Of a stretch of DNA of 64,000 bases, positions 25,901 through 38,089 are shown piece after piece. Every line of letters begins with the position of its first letter. Within the stretch, counting starts at the first letter, position 1. The stretch comes from Amphiscolops sp. MND2022 (lineage: Eukaryota), in assembly GCA_964187785.1 (NCBI GenBank), contig OZ076409.1, forward strand, positions 62,808,001 through 62,872,000. Direction: 5' to 3'. Both the position numbers and the translations under genes were made by a program. The notes under the pieces were generated by a model that was given only the letters and a program-made list of their open reading frames with translations, ran no database searches and was not told the DNA's origin.

Positions 25901-28900
25901 TTTGTCATCTTCGTCGAACTTTCTGGTTGAGCATTGAAAATTAGCTAAATTTTGTGAGCCATAGTTCTAATTTTTCGAGAATGCATAAATATCGTTTGAA
26001 AGTGAAATGAAAGTTTTCTAGAGCAATCAAAAAGACCATAAACGTTATGAGTAAGACACTATAAATCACGCTACAAAACGATGTTGCATAATTGCTAGCG
26101 TTTGATTTGCAATCATAATAGAAGTTGAATGTAATGTCTTCAGGTGGTCTGCTTTTTGTGTGGGAGTTTCCTTTCGACTTTTTTTCATGCATTTGAAAAC
26201 AATATCTATCTTTCATTACCCCTTTACTGTTACAATTCTGAAGAAGTTTTAAGAACATTTCGATAGGAACTTCGAAACCGTTTTTAATTCGATAGGTTTC
26301 CTGCATGACAATACTATGTACTGAATAAAAAACGTTTTCAAAAGTGGTACGAAAATGGCAATGGAACTTCAGTATTTCTGACCGTATTTCATTCCATTTT
26401 GTCTCCGTTAGAAATAGAGATACATCTTAGTTGTTTCAGTGCTGCAACTCATAAATAAACTCATGAATCATTCACGATTCTCAGCCATTCATCATTCATC
26501 TTGGTCTCAAGTTTCTTGGTTCTTTCAAGGGACTGACATTTGTGATTGTCTCTATTGCTTTCAGAGGTGAAGAGGGAACGAAGATAGACTTGATAGAGAC
26601 TGCGAAGCTGATTGCGGATGCAGCCATGGTGGTATACAAACTTGCTCACGAAGTGGCCGCCGAGTGCCAAGAGAGGAAAATCAAGAGGGTAACTACTCAT
26701 TTGACTACTGATGCAGCTTTTATGCTAAATTTGTGAAGAGACATTTTGCTTGTTGTGAAGTGCTGTACATGCGCTGGTGGTTTTAATGAACGAGTTTAAT
26801 CACGAAAGAATTACAAGTCTCAAATTTACTTTCAATTAACTTTGTAGAATTGAGCTTTGAAATCTACTTAGCTTTGATTAAGGCAATTCAGAAGAGCTGA
26901 GATCATCAGACTAACCCAAACACTGTATTTCGAATGTACAGTCCTGATTGTATGATGTTTCGTTCATTAAGAATGATTTCTTCGAAAACATCTGCTCCCA
27001 AAATAATGTCTACGGGTTTTAGTTCATGGAAATTTGAATCAGCTAATTTGTAACTTTCTATATTCAATGGGCTGTGATGGCAGGTCACCCGTGAGGGTAT
27101 TAAGCGTTAAAGCTTCAACCCTGACTGCAGTTTTGGCTGTTTTCAAAATGGTTTGCACAACCTCTGATTTGTGGTTTGCTGTATGATCACCAGTTCCTCC
27201 GAGTGAGATGTCTCTAGGCTCTGTGTCGAGTTGCAGTTTCCTTGCCAAATCTTTCGTGATGAAGCTCACTTGAGATCCACTGTCCAGAAGTGCTCGCCAG
27301 AAAACTGTTTCACCATTCGGAACCTTGGCAGGGACCATTGCTGCAGAGAGTAGGATCGATTGTTTCGTTGAGATCTTTTGATGTCCTGAGAATTGTGACT
27401 CCGCAGCATTGTCCACATGCAGGTTTTAGTGATGCTTTTTCTGACAAGTTCGACATGTTGTTTTTGATTGACATTTGACCGCAGTATGACCTGGACGAAG
27501 ACAATTGAAGCACAGCCTCAGTTCTTTGACTTTTTCACGCTTTTCCTGCACCGCCAGAGCCAGAATTTTTGAGCATGAAAAGATGGTGGTTTTTAGCACA
27601 AAAATCACACTTGAATGCTGCTGCTTGGTAGCTTTGGGCTTGGTTGTGAGGTTTTTCTCTTGGTTTTGTCGAAATGGTAGAAGTTCTTTGAGAAGCCTCA
27701 AGTGCTGTAGCTCGTTCCAGAAAATTGAGTAAGGTATCAATCTTCTGCAAGTCCCCATTGCGAACTGAGAGCTGCCATTCTTTTGCTATGTCTGTATCCA
27801 GCTTCTGTGTCAATAGGTGAGTCCACAAGAAATCAGTTTGTCATATCAAGACCTGTAGACGAAAGTGCAATCTGATTCTCACGAAACGTGCCCACCGGTT
27901 GACGGAGTGTTTCAGGTGCATTCATTTTCGTTGGCGTAATCTTGTAGATGTGATCCAGATGAGCTGTCACTATCATCTGTAGATTCTGATATCGTTTTTT
28001 GAGCAAATTCATTGCAATTGTGTAGTTGGCTTCAGCTGCTGGGTGATGTGAAAGTAACTTCGCAGTATTGCCTTTCAGTGCTCCCTTCAAATAGCACAGC
28101 TTCTGTACATCTGGAATTGATTGATTGTTGACTGAGCCATTGAACATGTCGAGGAATGGTGTCCATTCTCTAGAATTGCCTGAGAAAACTGGCAAGTTGA
28201 TTCTTGGCTACCGCAAATTCTCTACTTTGCGTTGAAACAACTGGAGTCGCTTCTGAAGCTATTGGTTGAGGCAATTGAATAACATTGGTTTGCAACCAAA
28301 GTTCTATCCGTCGAATTGTTGATTTTAACTTTGGGTCAATCTCATCTGGTTCGTCTATTTCAACTTCGATTGATTCATCTGCAGTTTCAGAAAGAATCTC
28401 TTGATTCAAATGCAAGAAGATCGAAATCTTTTCTTTGAGACTGTCCAATAGCTCCCTTGCTTGAACTTTGTGTTCGTCAGTCAATTGATCTGGTTGAAGT
28501 TGTGAGATTTCGTTAAACTTGGTTAGTTTCTTAGTTACAACTGCAGCATGAGCCTTGCATGAGGCCAAATTCTTCTTTAAAGTGTTAGACATTTGAACTG
28601 TCTTGCTTTTTAGGCCACCTCAGAAGGTTTTTTTATCACGTCGGGGTCACCAAAATGTAGAATTGAGCCTTGAAATCTACTTAGTTTTGATTAGGGCAAT
28701 TCAGAAGAGCTGAGATCATCGGACTATATTTCGCAGTAATAAAAAAAGTGAAATAGTGAGTATTAATGAATATTTGTGAACAAGTTGAAATTGAAGTCAA
28801 ATATTTTTGCTTGAGACTTTTTAGAGTGACTTTGTATCGATTTAGGCTTCAACATACTTTATGAAGTGGTCAAGCGAGTTCGAACAAGAATAATTGTAAG

Positions 28901-31900
28901 ACTCAATTTTAGTCTACTTCATGAACACTTAGTTCACCTTTCTCATTTGTTGCTTGAAATCTCAAAGTAGTCTCGTACTTGAAATTTTCGCGACGGTGCC
29001 TTCCTACACTGCAACAAAGGTCGTCTCAGGTGTGAGTTCAGATGGAAGGACTTCATTTCTACGGCCCGGGACAAAAGAGTGTTTTGGTCCAGGAAAATGT
29101 AAATTGAACCTTTGTTACTATTAACCCTCTTCTGCATGACTTTTTTCTGGGAAGCCTTTAAAAATTTCAAAATACCCAAACCTGTTCATTTCACTCAAAA
29201 TTCAATGGAACAAACAATCAGATTTTTTTAACCAACCCATTTCAAGAAAACGGACCCTTTTTTCCTATACCTAAACATGTAAAGAGACGTTTCTATAGCA
29301 AATTTAATACATTACGCGTCAAATTTACATTTTTCTTGACATATAAAGCTTGTTCTACTGGCCGCTAGGTGGCTCGGATTTTGAAGAAAGTTATATCAGC
29401 CAATAGAAAACGATCTCAGCTTCAATATGGTGTGCTATTTATAGCTGTAGAGTGAATGAATAGTTTTCTAAAACTAATTCCGTGGTTTGTTGCGTTGACG
29501 CTACAATATTCAGAAGAGGGTTAAAATTGTAATGTCACTCAAAAGCAAAGTGCACAAATCAGTATGAGTTAAGTTGTTAGAAAGAAATTAAGCTAAGTTG
29601 TTTTTATGTTTTACCAGATCAAGAGGTGAAGCCTCTTTATAAGATGCAGCGATAGCGTGCAAGATGTTTATAGTCCACCGATTGTCAAGGACCGAGAAGA
29701 GAGCGAGTTGCTACTCTTGATTAAAGAACAGCAGAGTGTTGTACCGGTTTTATAAAGTGCTTATCAGCTACTCTTTGTCTGAAATTGAGAACTGTTTGGT
29801 TTGACGAGTCAAACAAAAGCTAAGTTATTTTGGGTCTCCTATAACCCAGCTGAAGCTGCGGTTCTGGTTTAAAGTCAGTATATCTACCAGACTTTGGTCT
29901 AGAGTCCACTGTAAAGTAAGGACTATTCCAATCTTCGCTGAGCAAAGACGGTATGATAGCTTTGGTTCACAGCATTAGTTAATTGAAACTCTGATCAAGA
30001 GAACAGTTGCTTTACGATGAAAGCAGATTTTTGTTTTAGTTTTGGGTTGAAAATAGTTTAGGACTTAGCTTGCCTTTACTTGAAGGCAGAATCGAAAATA
30101 GTCAAGAATTTAGTTGCTTCAAAGTGAAAGCAGAGTTGAAAAGCTTAAGACCTTATTTGTTTTGGCTCGGGAATTAATCAAGATAAAATTGCTTTCACTT
30201 TGAATGCAGAACTGAAAATTAGTCCAAGATAAAATTGCTTCCACTTCGAAAACTGCAATTACTGAGACAAAATTGAGCCAAAACTTCTAGCGATTTAAGA
30301 TTTACAATTTAGAGTCAAGAAAGTCAAGAAAAAGTCTTTGAAAATTAAGATAAAGCTCCTAAAGAAAATTGAAAAGATTTGACTAACAAATGTTGCACAT
30401 CGCTGATGACGGGGATAGAACCCGTGAATGAAGATTGTGGAGTTGAAGATGTAGGATTTATCAAGTTCGTATTTTGCCAAAGGAAGAGCCCTGAGAGTTG
30501 AAACTTTGGTCTGCTTTTATAATAAATTTGACCGCTTCGTCAACCAATAGAATTCAATCACAATCGTGATTGGCCGACGAACATGACGTAATAAGACGTC
30601 CAGTCAAATATGAAAGCGTTTTGTGTTTGTTATTCGCAGTCGTAGCGTCCACGACAAAATGATGTCATATGACGTCATGACCAGATATGGAATATGTACA
30701 GTGTCTCAGAACAATAGGGATGAACACGTTCGAGCGTGTTCAGAGATCAGCGCTGGAGGGGAGAATAATAAAGATAAAACTGCGCAAGCTACAGAAAATA
30801 AAATTATACATCACAAGTTTTGAGATTTATTTCTTTTTGAAATTTCAAGTAAGTTTCTTTTTTTTCCCAAGAGTCGCACACGACATTGTTTCATTGTTAT
30901 GGGTCTGAGACGACACATTTTTACACACTTCTTGCTTTTCGAATTATAATTTACACTCATAATGTTTCTTTCACTCGATTTTTTGTGTCCAGGTAAGTAC
31001 TCGTGACTCTGGTATGCCCAGTGGGAGATGTTGCGAGCAGCATTCACTTGATTCAGAGCGTCAAAAAATTGGAATTTAATTTTGTAATGACTCTTTTCAA
31101 AAACTTGCTCAAAACTGGGAAATATCTAAATTGTTCTTTCTGCGCCTGAGATTACACTTGATGCACCTGTCAAAATTTAAAGTGAGAGCAAATAAACAAT
31201 TCTAGTTGGTTGAAACGACGCTCAGTGCGTATGTCGACAATTTTTTAATCACAGTAGTGTTTTTGTGCGATTAGTATTAGATTTTGATACTATTTTTGCA
31301 TTCTATATCTGCCTTGATTTCTTTGATATTTCATCATGATAGAGTATTCGATATACACGTACCGTAGTTGGTGTTGTTTTAGAACCTCCAGAATGTGGCA
31401 CATAAGATACCCACTCTGGCTACTCAGCTCAACATCTTGTCCACTGTGAAGGCGACCACGTTAGGGGGCACTGCTACCGGTTAGTGCTTATACATACAGA
31501 CACACACTTTTCACCAACAATCTAAATGACGTGTACATATATGTCGGCTGCACTTGTCCAATGTTGTCAGATGTCTTTTGCACTTCAATATTGCATTCGA
31601 GTTTGGAAAAGTTCGGAAATATCATGGTTGAAAATACAACGTTTCCAATCTCTTTGATTGGGAATCACCGGACCTTTAAAATGCCGTGCGATCGGATAAC
31701 CGGACCAGACATGTTTAAGCGGGACACTGACCTGACAGGACAGTTTTAGTCACTGGAGACTTGAATCGAGTGTTGAAAGACTGCTTTCAGAATTGGGCCA
31801 AGGTTGTGTGGCCAAGTGGACCAAGGTTGTCATGATGTTTAAAACACATACCAATAAAACATGTTTTAAAACACCCATAAAAAACATTGTTTAAAACAAT

Positions 31901-33810
31901 TTACGTGCAATCATCTTTTTAAGGTTGAAATGGGTCAAAAAGAAGACTAAATTTGGGCTCTTTTTCAAAAAAAATTGAATGTTATTTAATAGAAACCGTT
32001 GACACAACAGGGGACCCACAAGCTTCAAAGCAATTTGGACGCCCAAAAAGCCGGCAAAATGGCCTTCCTCTACCGGCAACTGAACTCAGCTTGAATGAAT
32101 TGCTTCATTTTGTGATGCTTATGTTCTATATGTCGCTGGAAAATTAAAAAAAACAATACAAAAAAAACTTTTTTTCGATAAAAAACATGTATAATTGTTT
32201 TTTTTAGATAAAAAACGTTTTTTTGACAACCCTGTGTGTGACAGAAAATCCACCAAAATCTGTGGGATGCTTTTGTTTCGCGATTATTTTGTCAGGTTTT
32301 GATGTCTGTCGAGGAGTTACAAACAAATACACTTTGCACGTGAAATGAGATTATTAATTCGCTTATGATATGTATCCTGTAAGGACCCCGTATACCGGAC
32401 TGGACGCTTTTCTCAAATCCGGTCGGGTGTCAGACCGAACTTGATGTCTGGTGCACCCCTATTGGAAATTGTGTTAGCTAGTGTCAGCTTATTTATAGTG
32501 CTCCCAATTTTTTATAATGGAAGTTTCTGTTTACCTTACAGCACTGACGGAGAACGGCGATGCGAAATGCGCAGAAAAAAATGGCAACTGTAGTTATTCC
32601 AGTACAACCACAGTTGTTCATGTTGCTTTTAATAATGATAAAGCAGAAGCATTTTCATCGTCAACCACCACTTTCGACTGTCAAGACGATAATGGTACTT
32701 TTGTGTGATAAATACTTCACAAAATACATGTAATATCCGTGCATGATGCATGGTTTATAAAATAATATTTGAGCCATGCTATAAGTGTTTCATTAACTCC
32801 ATTTCCAGCTCAGTATTTTTAACACTAATTCAAGTTTCACCCGACATTTTGACTTTATTTTAGCTGAAGAAGGTAATTAAATTTGATATCACTGTATTTG
32901 TCTGCAGCAGATAAAATCCATATTATTTGTGTATGTAACAGTTTGATTTTAGGTCTAGTTTGTAGTTTTTACTAAACATTTGTGTGATCCAAAACAGACA
33001 AGGTCACCTATGACTACCAAAATGGGTTTCAAATTTGCACTACTATTTTTCAACTGTTCACGATTCTGTGGAAATCGCGAGTAAGAAATCTTCATTTGTG
33101 TGTATCATTTTCAGGAAACTTTTCCCGGCATTTTTTCGCCAAAAACGGCGGCACAAAGTTCACGATTTCCGCCATGCTTGAAAACTGCTGAAAGGCAATT
33201 TCGATACAAACTTACACTGTAGGAAACAGATCTGACGCAAGACGCTTGCAAAGTTTAATCGATAACTTTCATTTTTTTTCGAAAAAAATCTTTCAAAAAA
33301 AGTCTCAGTGCCGAAAATTTCCAAGGGAGACGGTAAATACTATGAAAAACTCAAAGGAAGTACCCTTTAGGCTCCATGGGGTCCTTGGGTACCCTTTAGA
33401 ACTTAGGCGTAAAGGTTGGGTGAAATTTATGAAAAATTATTAGAAGTGGGCCTTTCACGGTGACTGAAAAATAAGTTGCCACTGTAAGAGTCGTGCACGT
33501 TTTTTCACCACTCGACTAAAAATACACTGCTCTATGTGTTCTGAGAGGTTGCTTTATTTCAGGGTCGAAAGACGACATCGAAGCCACAGAGATGTTGGTT
33601 CTCAACGCGCAGAATATCATGACGTCAGTGAAAGACACGGTGAGAGCATCGGAGGCGGCCAGCATCAGAATCAGACTGGACAGTGGCCACATGCTCAAGT
33701 GGGTGCGAAAGAAGCGTAACCCCTCCTCTGCTGCTCTGGGCAGGTCTGTCTCCCTGCTGCAGAAACAACAGGCGAGGAGACTCATTCATAAAGAAGCTAA
33801 TCTTGAATAA
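7914..33810 (+). CDS. VCL: Vinculin (divergent), multi-exon; first coding exon not found in window
   Basis: GT-AG exons with consistent phases: 7914-8088, 9249-9394, 13890-14055, 14391-14690, 17138-17298, 17753-17951, 18883-19028, 20149-20241, 20326-20392, 20605-20747, 21250-21448, 21646-21843, 21915-22006, 22087-22171, 22507-22632, 24933(or 24900)-25009, 25462-25574, 26565-26688, 31383-31479, 32542-32694, 32864-32872, 33563-33810 (sum 3117 nt, in frame). The head follows vinculin (EEMPKAL, LIDACRNILFGT), the hinge has PPPRPPPP, and the tail has [62 protein letters not shown] and WVRK. Confidence 0.92.
9860..10443 (+). mobile_element. Helentron/DINE-1-like element (copy 2)
   Basis: 3' end GAGCCTTAGATATGGCGCCGACTTGG-GCCG TTCC CGGC-TTGTTT; same internal subrepeats as copy 1; 5' end degenerate. 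Confidence 0.6.
11150..13700 (+). repeat. Degenerate ~180-bp satellite-like array (vinculin intron)
   Basis: Recurring motifs GTCAATTTGAG, TTATCTCTT, CTGGACAAC, GTTGACCC and CATTCCAATCCACGAAGTCT at ~180-200-bp spacing (for example near 12913, 13113, 13295). Confidence 0.7.
15259..15518. mobile_element. MITE with CACATGACGAAG TIRs and 3-bp TSD (CACTA/CMC-like)
   Basis: CACATGACGAAG at 15259; CTTCGTCATGTG ending at 15518; TTG on both flanks. Confidence 0.6.
15353..15425 (-). pseudogene. tRNA-derived sequence (Pol III A and B boxes), not a functional tRNA
   Basis: Minus strand reads GTCCCTATGGCACAGTGGTC...GGTTCGAATC at tRNA-like spacing; T-stem and anticodon stem pair poorly. Confidence 0.55.
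18101..18565. mobile_element. hAT-type MITE
   Basis: TIR (C/T)AGAGATGCAAGTGGGTCA; perfect 8-bp TSD ATCCGTAT (18093-18100 and 18566-18573); subterminal ATGGGTCA repeats. Confidence 0.9.
19140..19810 (+). pseudogene. Decayed 3' end of a LINE ORF2 (CR1/L2-like)
   Basis: Translates with stops to [49 protein letters not shown], the typical C-terminal CxxC..E.H...C motif. Confidence 0.55.
26843..28854 (-). mobile_element. Internally deleted BEL/Pao LTR retrotransposon
   Basis: Frameshifted gag (LPVFSG..EW..F.DMF, QKL.YL..AL.G.TAKL, and CCHC knuckles [20 protein letters not shown]) and protease [21 protein letters not shown]. 5' LTR 28656-28854; 71-bp 3' LTR remnant 26843-26913 (4 mismatches); flanks AACTT / TACTT. 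Confidence 0.85.
28635..28652 (-). promoter_or_regulatory. Primer binding site (tRNA-Trp)
   Basis: Minus strand TGGTGACCCCGACGTGAT, 3 nt after the LTR end CTACA; same 18-mer as the tRNA-Trp PBS of avian leukosis/sarcoma viruses. Confidence 0.85.
29125..29520. mobile_element. piggyBac-type MITE
   Basis: TTAA-CCCTCTTCTG ... CAGAAGAGGG-TTAA: 10-bp TIR and TTAA target duplication. Confidence 0.8.
29528..30656 (-). mobile_element. Solo LTR (~1.13 kb)
   Basis: TGTAA...CGACA termini with 4-bp TSD AAAT on both sides; CCAAT and TATAAAA motifs near 30515-30575 on the minus strand; no ORF. Confidence 0.6.
31822..32234. mobile_element. hAT-like MITE
   Basis: CAAGGTTGTCA ... TGACAACCCTG imperfect TIRs; subterminal AAAACA / TGTTTT repeats; TSD degenerate. 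Confidence 0.5.
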
Positions 33811-35310
33811 TGGCCGAACGAAAGGAATGAATGACAATTGAATCAAGATAAATGGACGCCTTAAAAAGAGTTTGTATCAATCAGGTGTTATATTTATCAA
33901 TTTATCAATGGTGATATCAATGATCAAATACGTGAAAAAACTGTTCAAACCTAAGCAGACTTGAATTTTTATGATAAAATCTGGCCTTTTGATATTTTTT
34001 CTGAAAAGAGGTTTGGAAAAATCGTGGTTCGCGTTCTCTTCCGAACCACCATACACATAGTTCTGCATAAGTAACAATAGAATTCAGATATCACCTATGC
34101 CACGGTTTGCATCGCTGCTCGATATCATATTTTTCGTCATGGCTTCTATCATTTCGCAAAATCCATTATATAGTGACCTTAATGAAGCTTTTGTACCATT
34201 TAGTATGTGTGCTCACGATCACATAATATTGCAATTTGTAAAAGATTTTCTGAAAATTTTTTATTTATATTTATGAATAAATCGGAATTTGAAATATCTT
34301 CTTGCCATAAATTAAAGATACTTGCAAGTTAGCATTCAAAGTAACCACAGTTTGCGGTAACTCCTCTGAAGCGTAGTTTGCGTCGAATATATATTCTGTT
34401 CAAATTAAAGGTTTGGAAGAAAAAACATTTCATAATGTCTTAAAGATGTAATGTTTGTAATGGTACAAATCAAATGCTTACATGAAGTTTACCAACAGGA
34501 CACCTGTTGAGTAATTGAAACTATTATGCGACATACTTGCAAAAATCGTCCAAAAGTTCCATAAGAAACTTGAATATTGGAGTTGATTTTTTTTTCATTT
34601 CAGGCATTTCCTCAGTGAGTACAAAAATGTCAATCAATGTTCGTCTACTAAAATGGAATCGTAAAATAAAACGTTCAGAATTGGAATGAAAAAGGCTTGA
34701 GACAGCCCTCTGAAAATTATACATGTCTAAATATACCGCGAAGCTCGAGACAAATAGTGCAAAAGTACTTCAAAGCGTCAAGGAATCTTAACCCTAAGTG
34801 GTCCAGGAGGTTTCCGGATTCATCCGAAAAACTGGTGCTTAAACTCTAAAACCGCAATATCTAAACTATTCTAGTCCGACGAACGATTGGGATGAACGAT
34901 TTGAACAGATGGGTCCTTCGCAAGGTTTAAGTTACAAACCATATCCTCATTGATTAACTACCCGCCAAGTTTATCCGTCAAAAGGCATTTTACGCAAAAA
35001 GTGTCAACTCAGATCGTTGACTTCTGAAACTCTGAGAAAGAAGCAAGCTCCTACAATTCACGAATGTGGAATTTGCTTAGCAACGAATTTTTCTATCATA
35101 TGAGGTCAACAAAATAGTTTGCTGTAGAGAAATGATCTCATTTTTGCGAAGTTTCCAAACAATTTTATTGGATCGTGATCGACACTATAAGTAAACTTTC
35201 CGTCTACTCGCGTATTGACTTTCTCCACAGGACACGTCCCTCAGGAGACACTTTAGCATCTGCCTTAGTTCAGAGGACAAGTCGGGAACAGCATAAGTCG
35301 GCACCCGCAT

Positions 35311-35440
35311 AAGGCTCAAAAAGAGACAGTATCGAAGCATGAAGGGTTTGCTTTTGAATGAACTCTCATTTTCCCAAGGCTCAAAAAGAGACAGTATCGA
35401 AGCATGAAGGGTTTGCTTTTGAATGAACTCTCATTTTCCC
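35311..35440. repeat. Perfect 65-bp tandem duplication
   Basis: AAGGCTCAAAAAGAGACAGTATCGAAGCATGAAGGGTTTGCTTTTGAATGAACTCTCATTTTCCC occurs twice in tandem. Confidence 0.95.
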
Positions 35441-36999
35441 AATGACTTCGGATATAAGGTCAAATAAAAATCACAGTGTGCGTCTGTTTCTTTCGGCTTT
35501 GGGAGGAAAAACATGGAAACTTAAGATTCGAACCTCCGCCTCCTCTGTAGTAAAACGCAACTTGCTTCGGATATAACGTCAAAAATTCGGATACAGCACA
35601 ACGTATTGTTCATTTCAGGAAAAGCAATTAATAAAGTCCTGTTGACTGCGTCGAATGGTACAATTTAAATTTCAAGATTTTGTAGAACTTATAGAAATAA
35701 TTCGGTCAGTTCGTGTGAATTGAAAAAACCAGACGAACAAAAACTAATAGTCGAGTTTCATTTTCAATAAATCGCCGACTAAAATTGAGAGAAAATAGAA
35801 GGTAAATTGTAACTAGATGGAATTTCCATTTGAAATCAATTTTCCTGAGATGCCTTATTGACTGAACATTTGTCCTTAACGAAAAAACTCTCCAACTCAG
35901 AAATTTACATCTTTATTACAATTTAGTTTTTCATACGAATTTTTGTTCCAAAAAGATTTCCATGTCCCTGGCTACTTAAATGGGTATCACAAGTTTTCTC
36001 AGGTTGTTTCACTTTCTCTCAAGCATAGACACTAGAAACATTGCAGGGTAACCACTTTTAAATAAACTTGAAACAAATTCTCACGAAAAAAATAGGTGCA
36101 ACATCTTCCGTGTAGTTCAGCAAACTAGTGATACCTCTAGCGCAAGCGATGTTTTACTGCAACTGAAACGTTCCAAAATTTCAATTTTTTTTTGCTCACA
36201 AACTTAACCTTAAATCGACGATAGAGTCAAATTGCAGTTAGTTTCTGCAAACTTCTTAAGGCACCACCTGACCGAATGGTGAAGAAAACTCTTGAAAATT
36301 AGATTTTCAGATACTACATAGCATTGCACGCCTTTCCAAAAGTCAGGAAAGCTGTCTCAGAAATCAAGAAAACGGGACCAAGAAATCAGATCATGTTTTC
36401 AGTTTTGCCATTTCCGCTTGTGGCCACGTTATCCCATTGGTATCAAGATTGGGTTCAAGCGGACCTTACCTGTTTTGAAACTTGCGGAAATGAGGTCAGA
36501 GACACGAGGCGTGCAAGGTTTTGGCGCAAAGTCCGAAGCCAGTGTGGCGAAGAGGACCCCCGCTCAGCGGTTCAAAAATCAATTTCATAACCTTGATTGT
36601 CTTATTCCGAACGCTCTATTAATCGTTTGTCGGACTCGAGAAGTTTAGGAGATATTCCGGTTTAAAAATTAGATACCAGATTTTTGGATGGATCCAAAAT
36701 TCTTCCCGTCATTTACCGTTGAGGTATTTATTCATTAAATCATTTTCTGAGCTTTTGATTTGGCAGGTGAAGTATAAACACCGAACAGCATTTTCGTGGA
36801 TTCACATATCCCACTCGCTAATATATAATGCAACATTTATTGAGTTTTTTGTACCAAACAAGTCAATGGTTCTGCAGAAGGTGAGTCCCTATAGCATAAT
36901 TAGAGATCAAACTGTAAAAGATGAACCTGTTATGTTTATTATGTTATTCAAATACACTTAGACTTTCAGAAGTTCTTGCTTTTATTTTATTTATCAATA

Positions 37000-37530
37000 T
37001 GTAATGGAGCTCAGTGAGCAAAAGTGTACTCAATGAAAACAGTATTATGATCGATTCTTTTCTTAAAGTATGAGAATACAACATGGTGCAGAAACATCGA
37101 TCTACTTAACGGACAGTTATATTCAGAAATGAATGATACCAAAAACACTCCACGATCAAATGGAGAACAATCTACCCGGATGATGGAACAAACATCCAGA
37201 AGACAACTATTATCCAACGAGGCAATGACGAGAACGGGACACCAGATGTGAGGTCTGAAACATGTGGTGCACTAAATTGGTCCAAACAACATGACTGCCC
37301 AGCAAGAGCAAAAAAACGCGCAAAACGCGGAAAACCCGGGCACGTCGCCAAATGCTTGCGCTCGCGACGGAAGGGGACCAATATAGCAGAAGAAACATAC
37401 AACGCGCAAGAAGATGACTCGACACCAGACAGAACACACTCGATACAACAGAAAATCCACTCATTGGGACAAACAAAAAGAACGGACCTTCTTTGGGCTG
37501 CTTCTTTGTTAGAAATTAGACATTCATGAT
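37000..37530 (+). pseudogene. Decayed LTR-retrotransposon gag fragment with zinc knuckle
   Basis: CGALNWSKQHDCPARAKKRAKRGKPGHVAKCLR resembles the Gypsy gag C..CG....H.CPA....C..CGK.GH..K.C motif. Confidence 0.55.
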
Positions 37531-38089
37531 GTTTTTTGGTCGATGCTTGCTCCTTTAAACGTTTGATTCTGATATTGTATTAATGTTGATATTTGGTTTT
37601 AAATGGTCGCCTACTCGTTTCATGCAGAGCTGAATGCGTCGGATTTACGATTCCTCATGATCTTGACTCAGCATAAGATTTTTGTTCAATTTTATCAAAT
37701 TTTATCACAAAACGAGTTTGTTTTGAAAGATTGGACTTAGTTTGTGAGAGTTGACTCAGAGCTTCTCTCAGCTGGTATAACAAAGAGTCCTTCTTCATCC
37801 CTGTCATGACCCAGTTGACTGTGTCCGGATCCATTTCAATCATCTATGGTATTGTCGGATAGCAAGGAAGAGGAACACTCGATTGGGAACCAAGATGTTC
37901 ATGGTCATCTCCAGGTCTTTTGAACATGAGACTATTTAGTATAAGTTTAGCACAACAATTAGGCTTGAGCAACAGCAGCTGAAAATATCCATTGGCCTAC
38001 GTCTTGGAGCGAACATCTGTGTGGCGCACACATGCCACTGTGATTGAAAGGTCGAAAGAAGCGGTTTACACAGGCTTCCTTGCGTCACA

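Noticed and set aside
7914..33810. Alpha-catenin or alpha-catulin rather than vinculin
   Set aside because: The proline-rich hinge, repeated W(L/I)xNP-type head bundles and [13 protein letters not shown] / [12 protein letters not shown] tail match vinculin.
36324..36648. Overlapping plus-strand ORFs of 88 and 76 aa
   Set aside because: Non-ATG starts, no recognisable domain; probably an unidentified TE relic.
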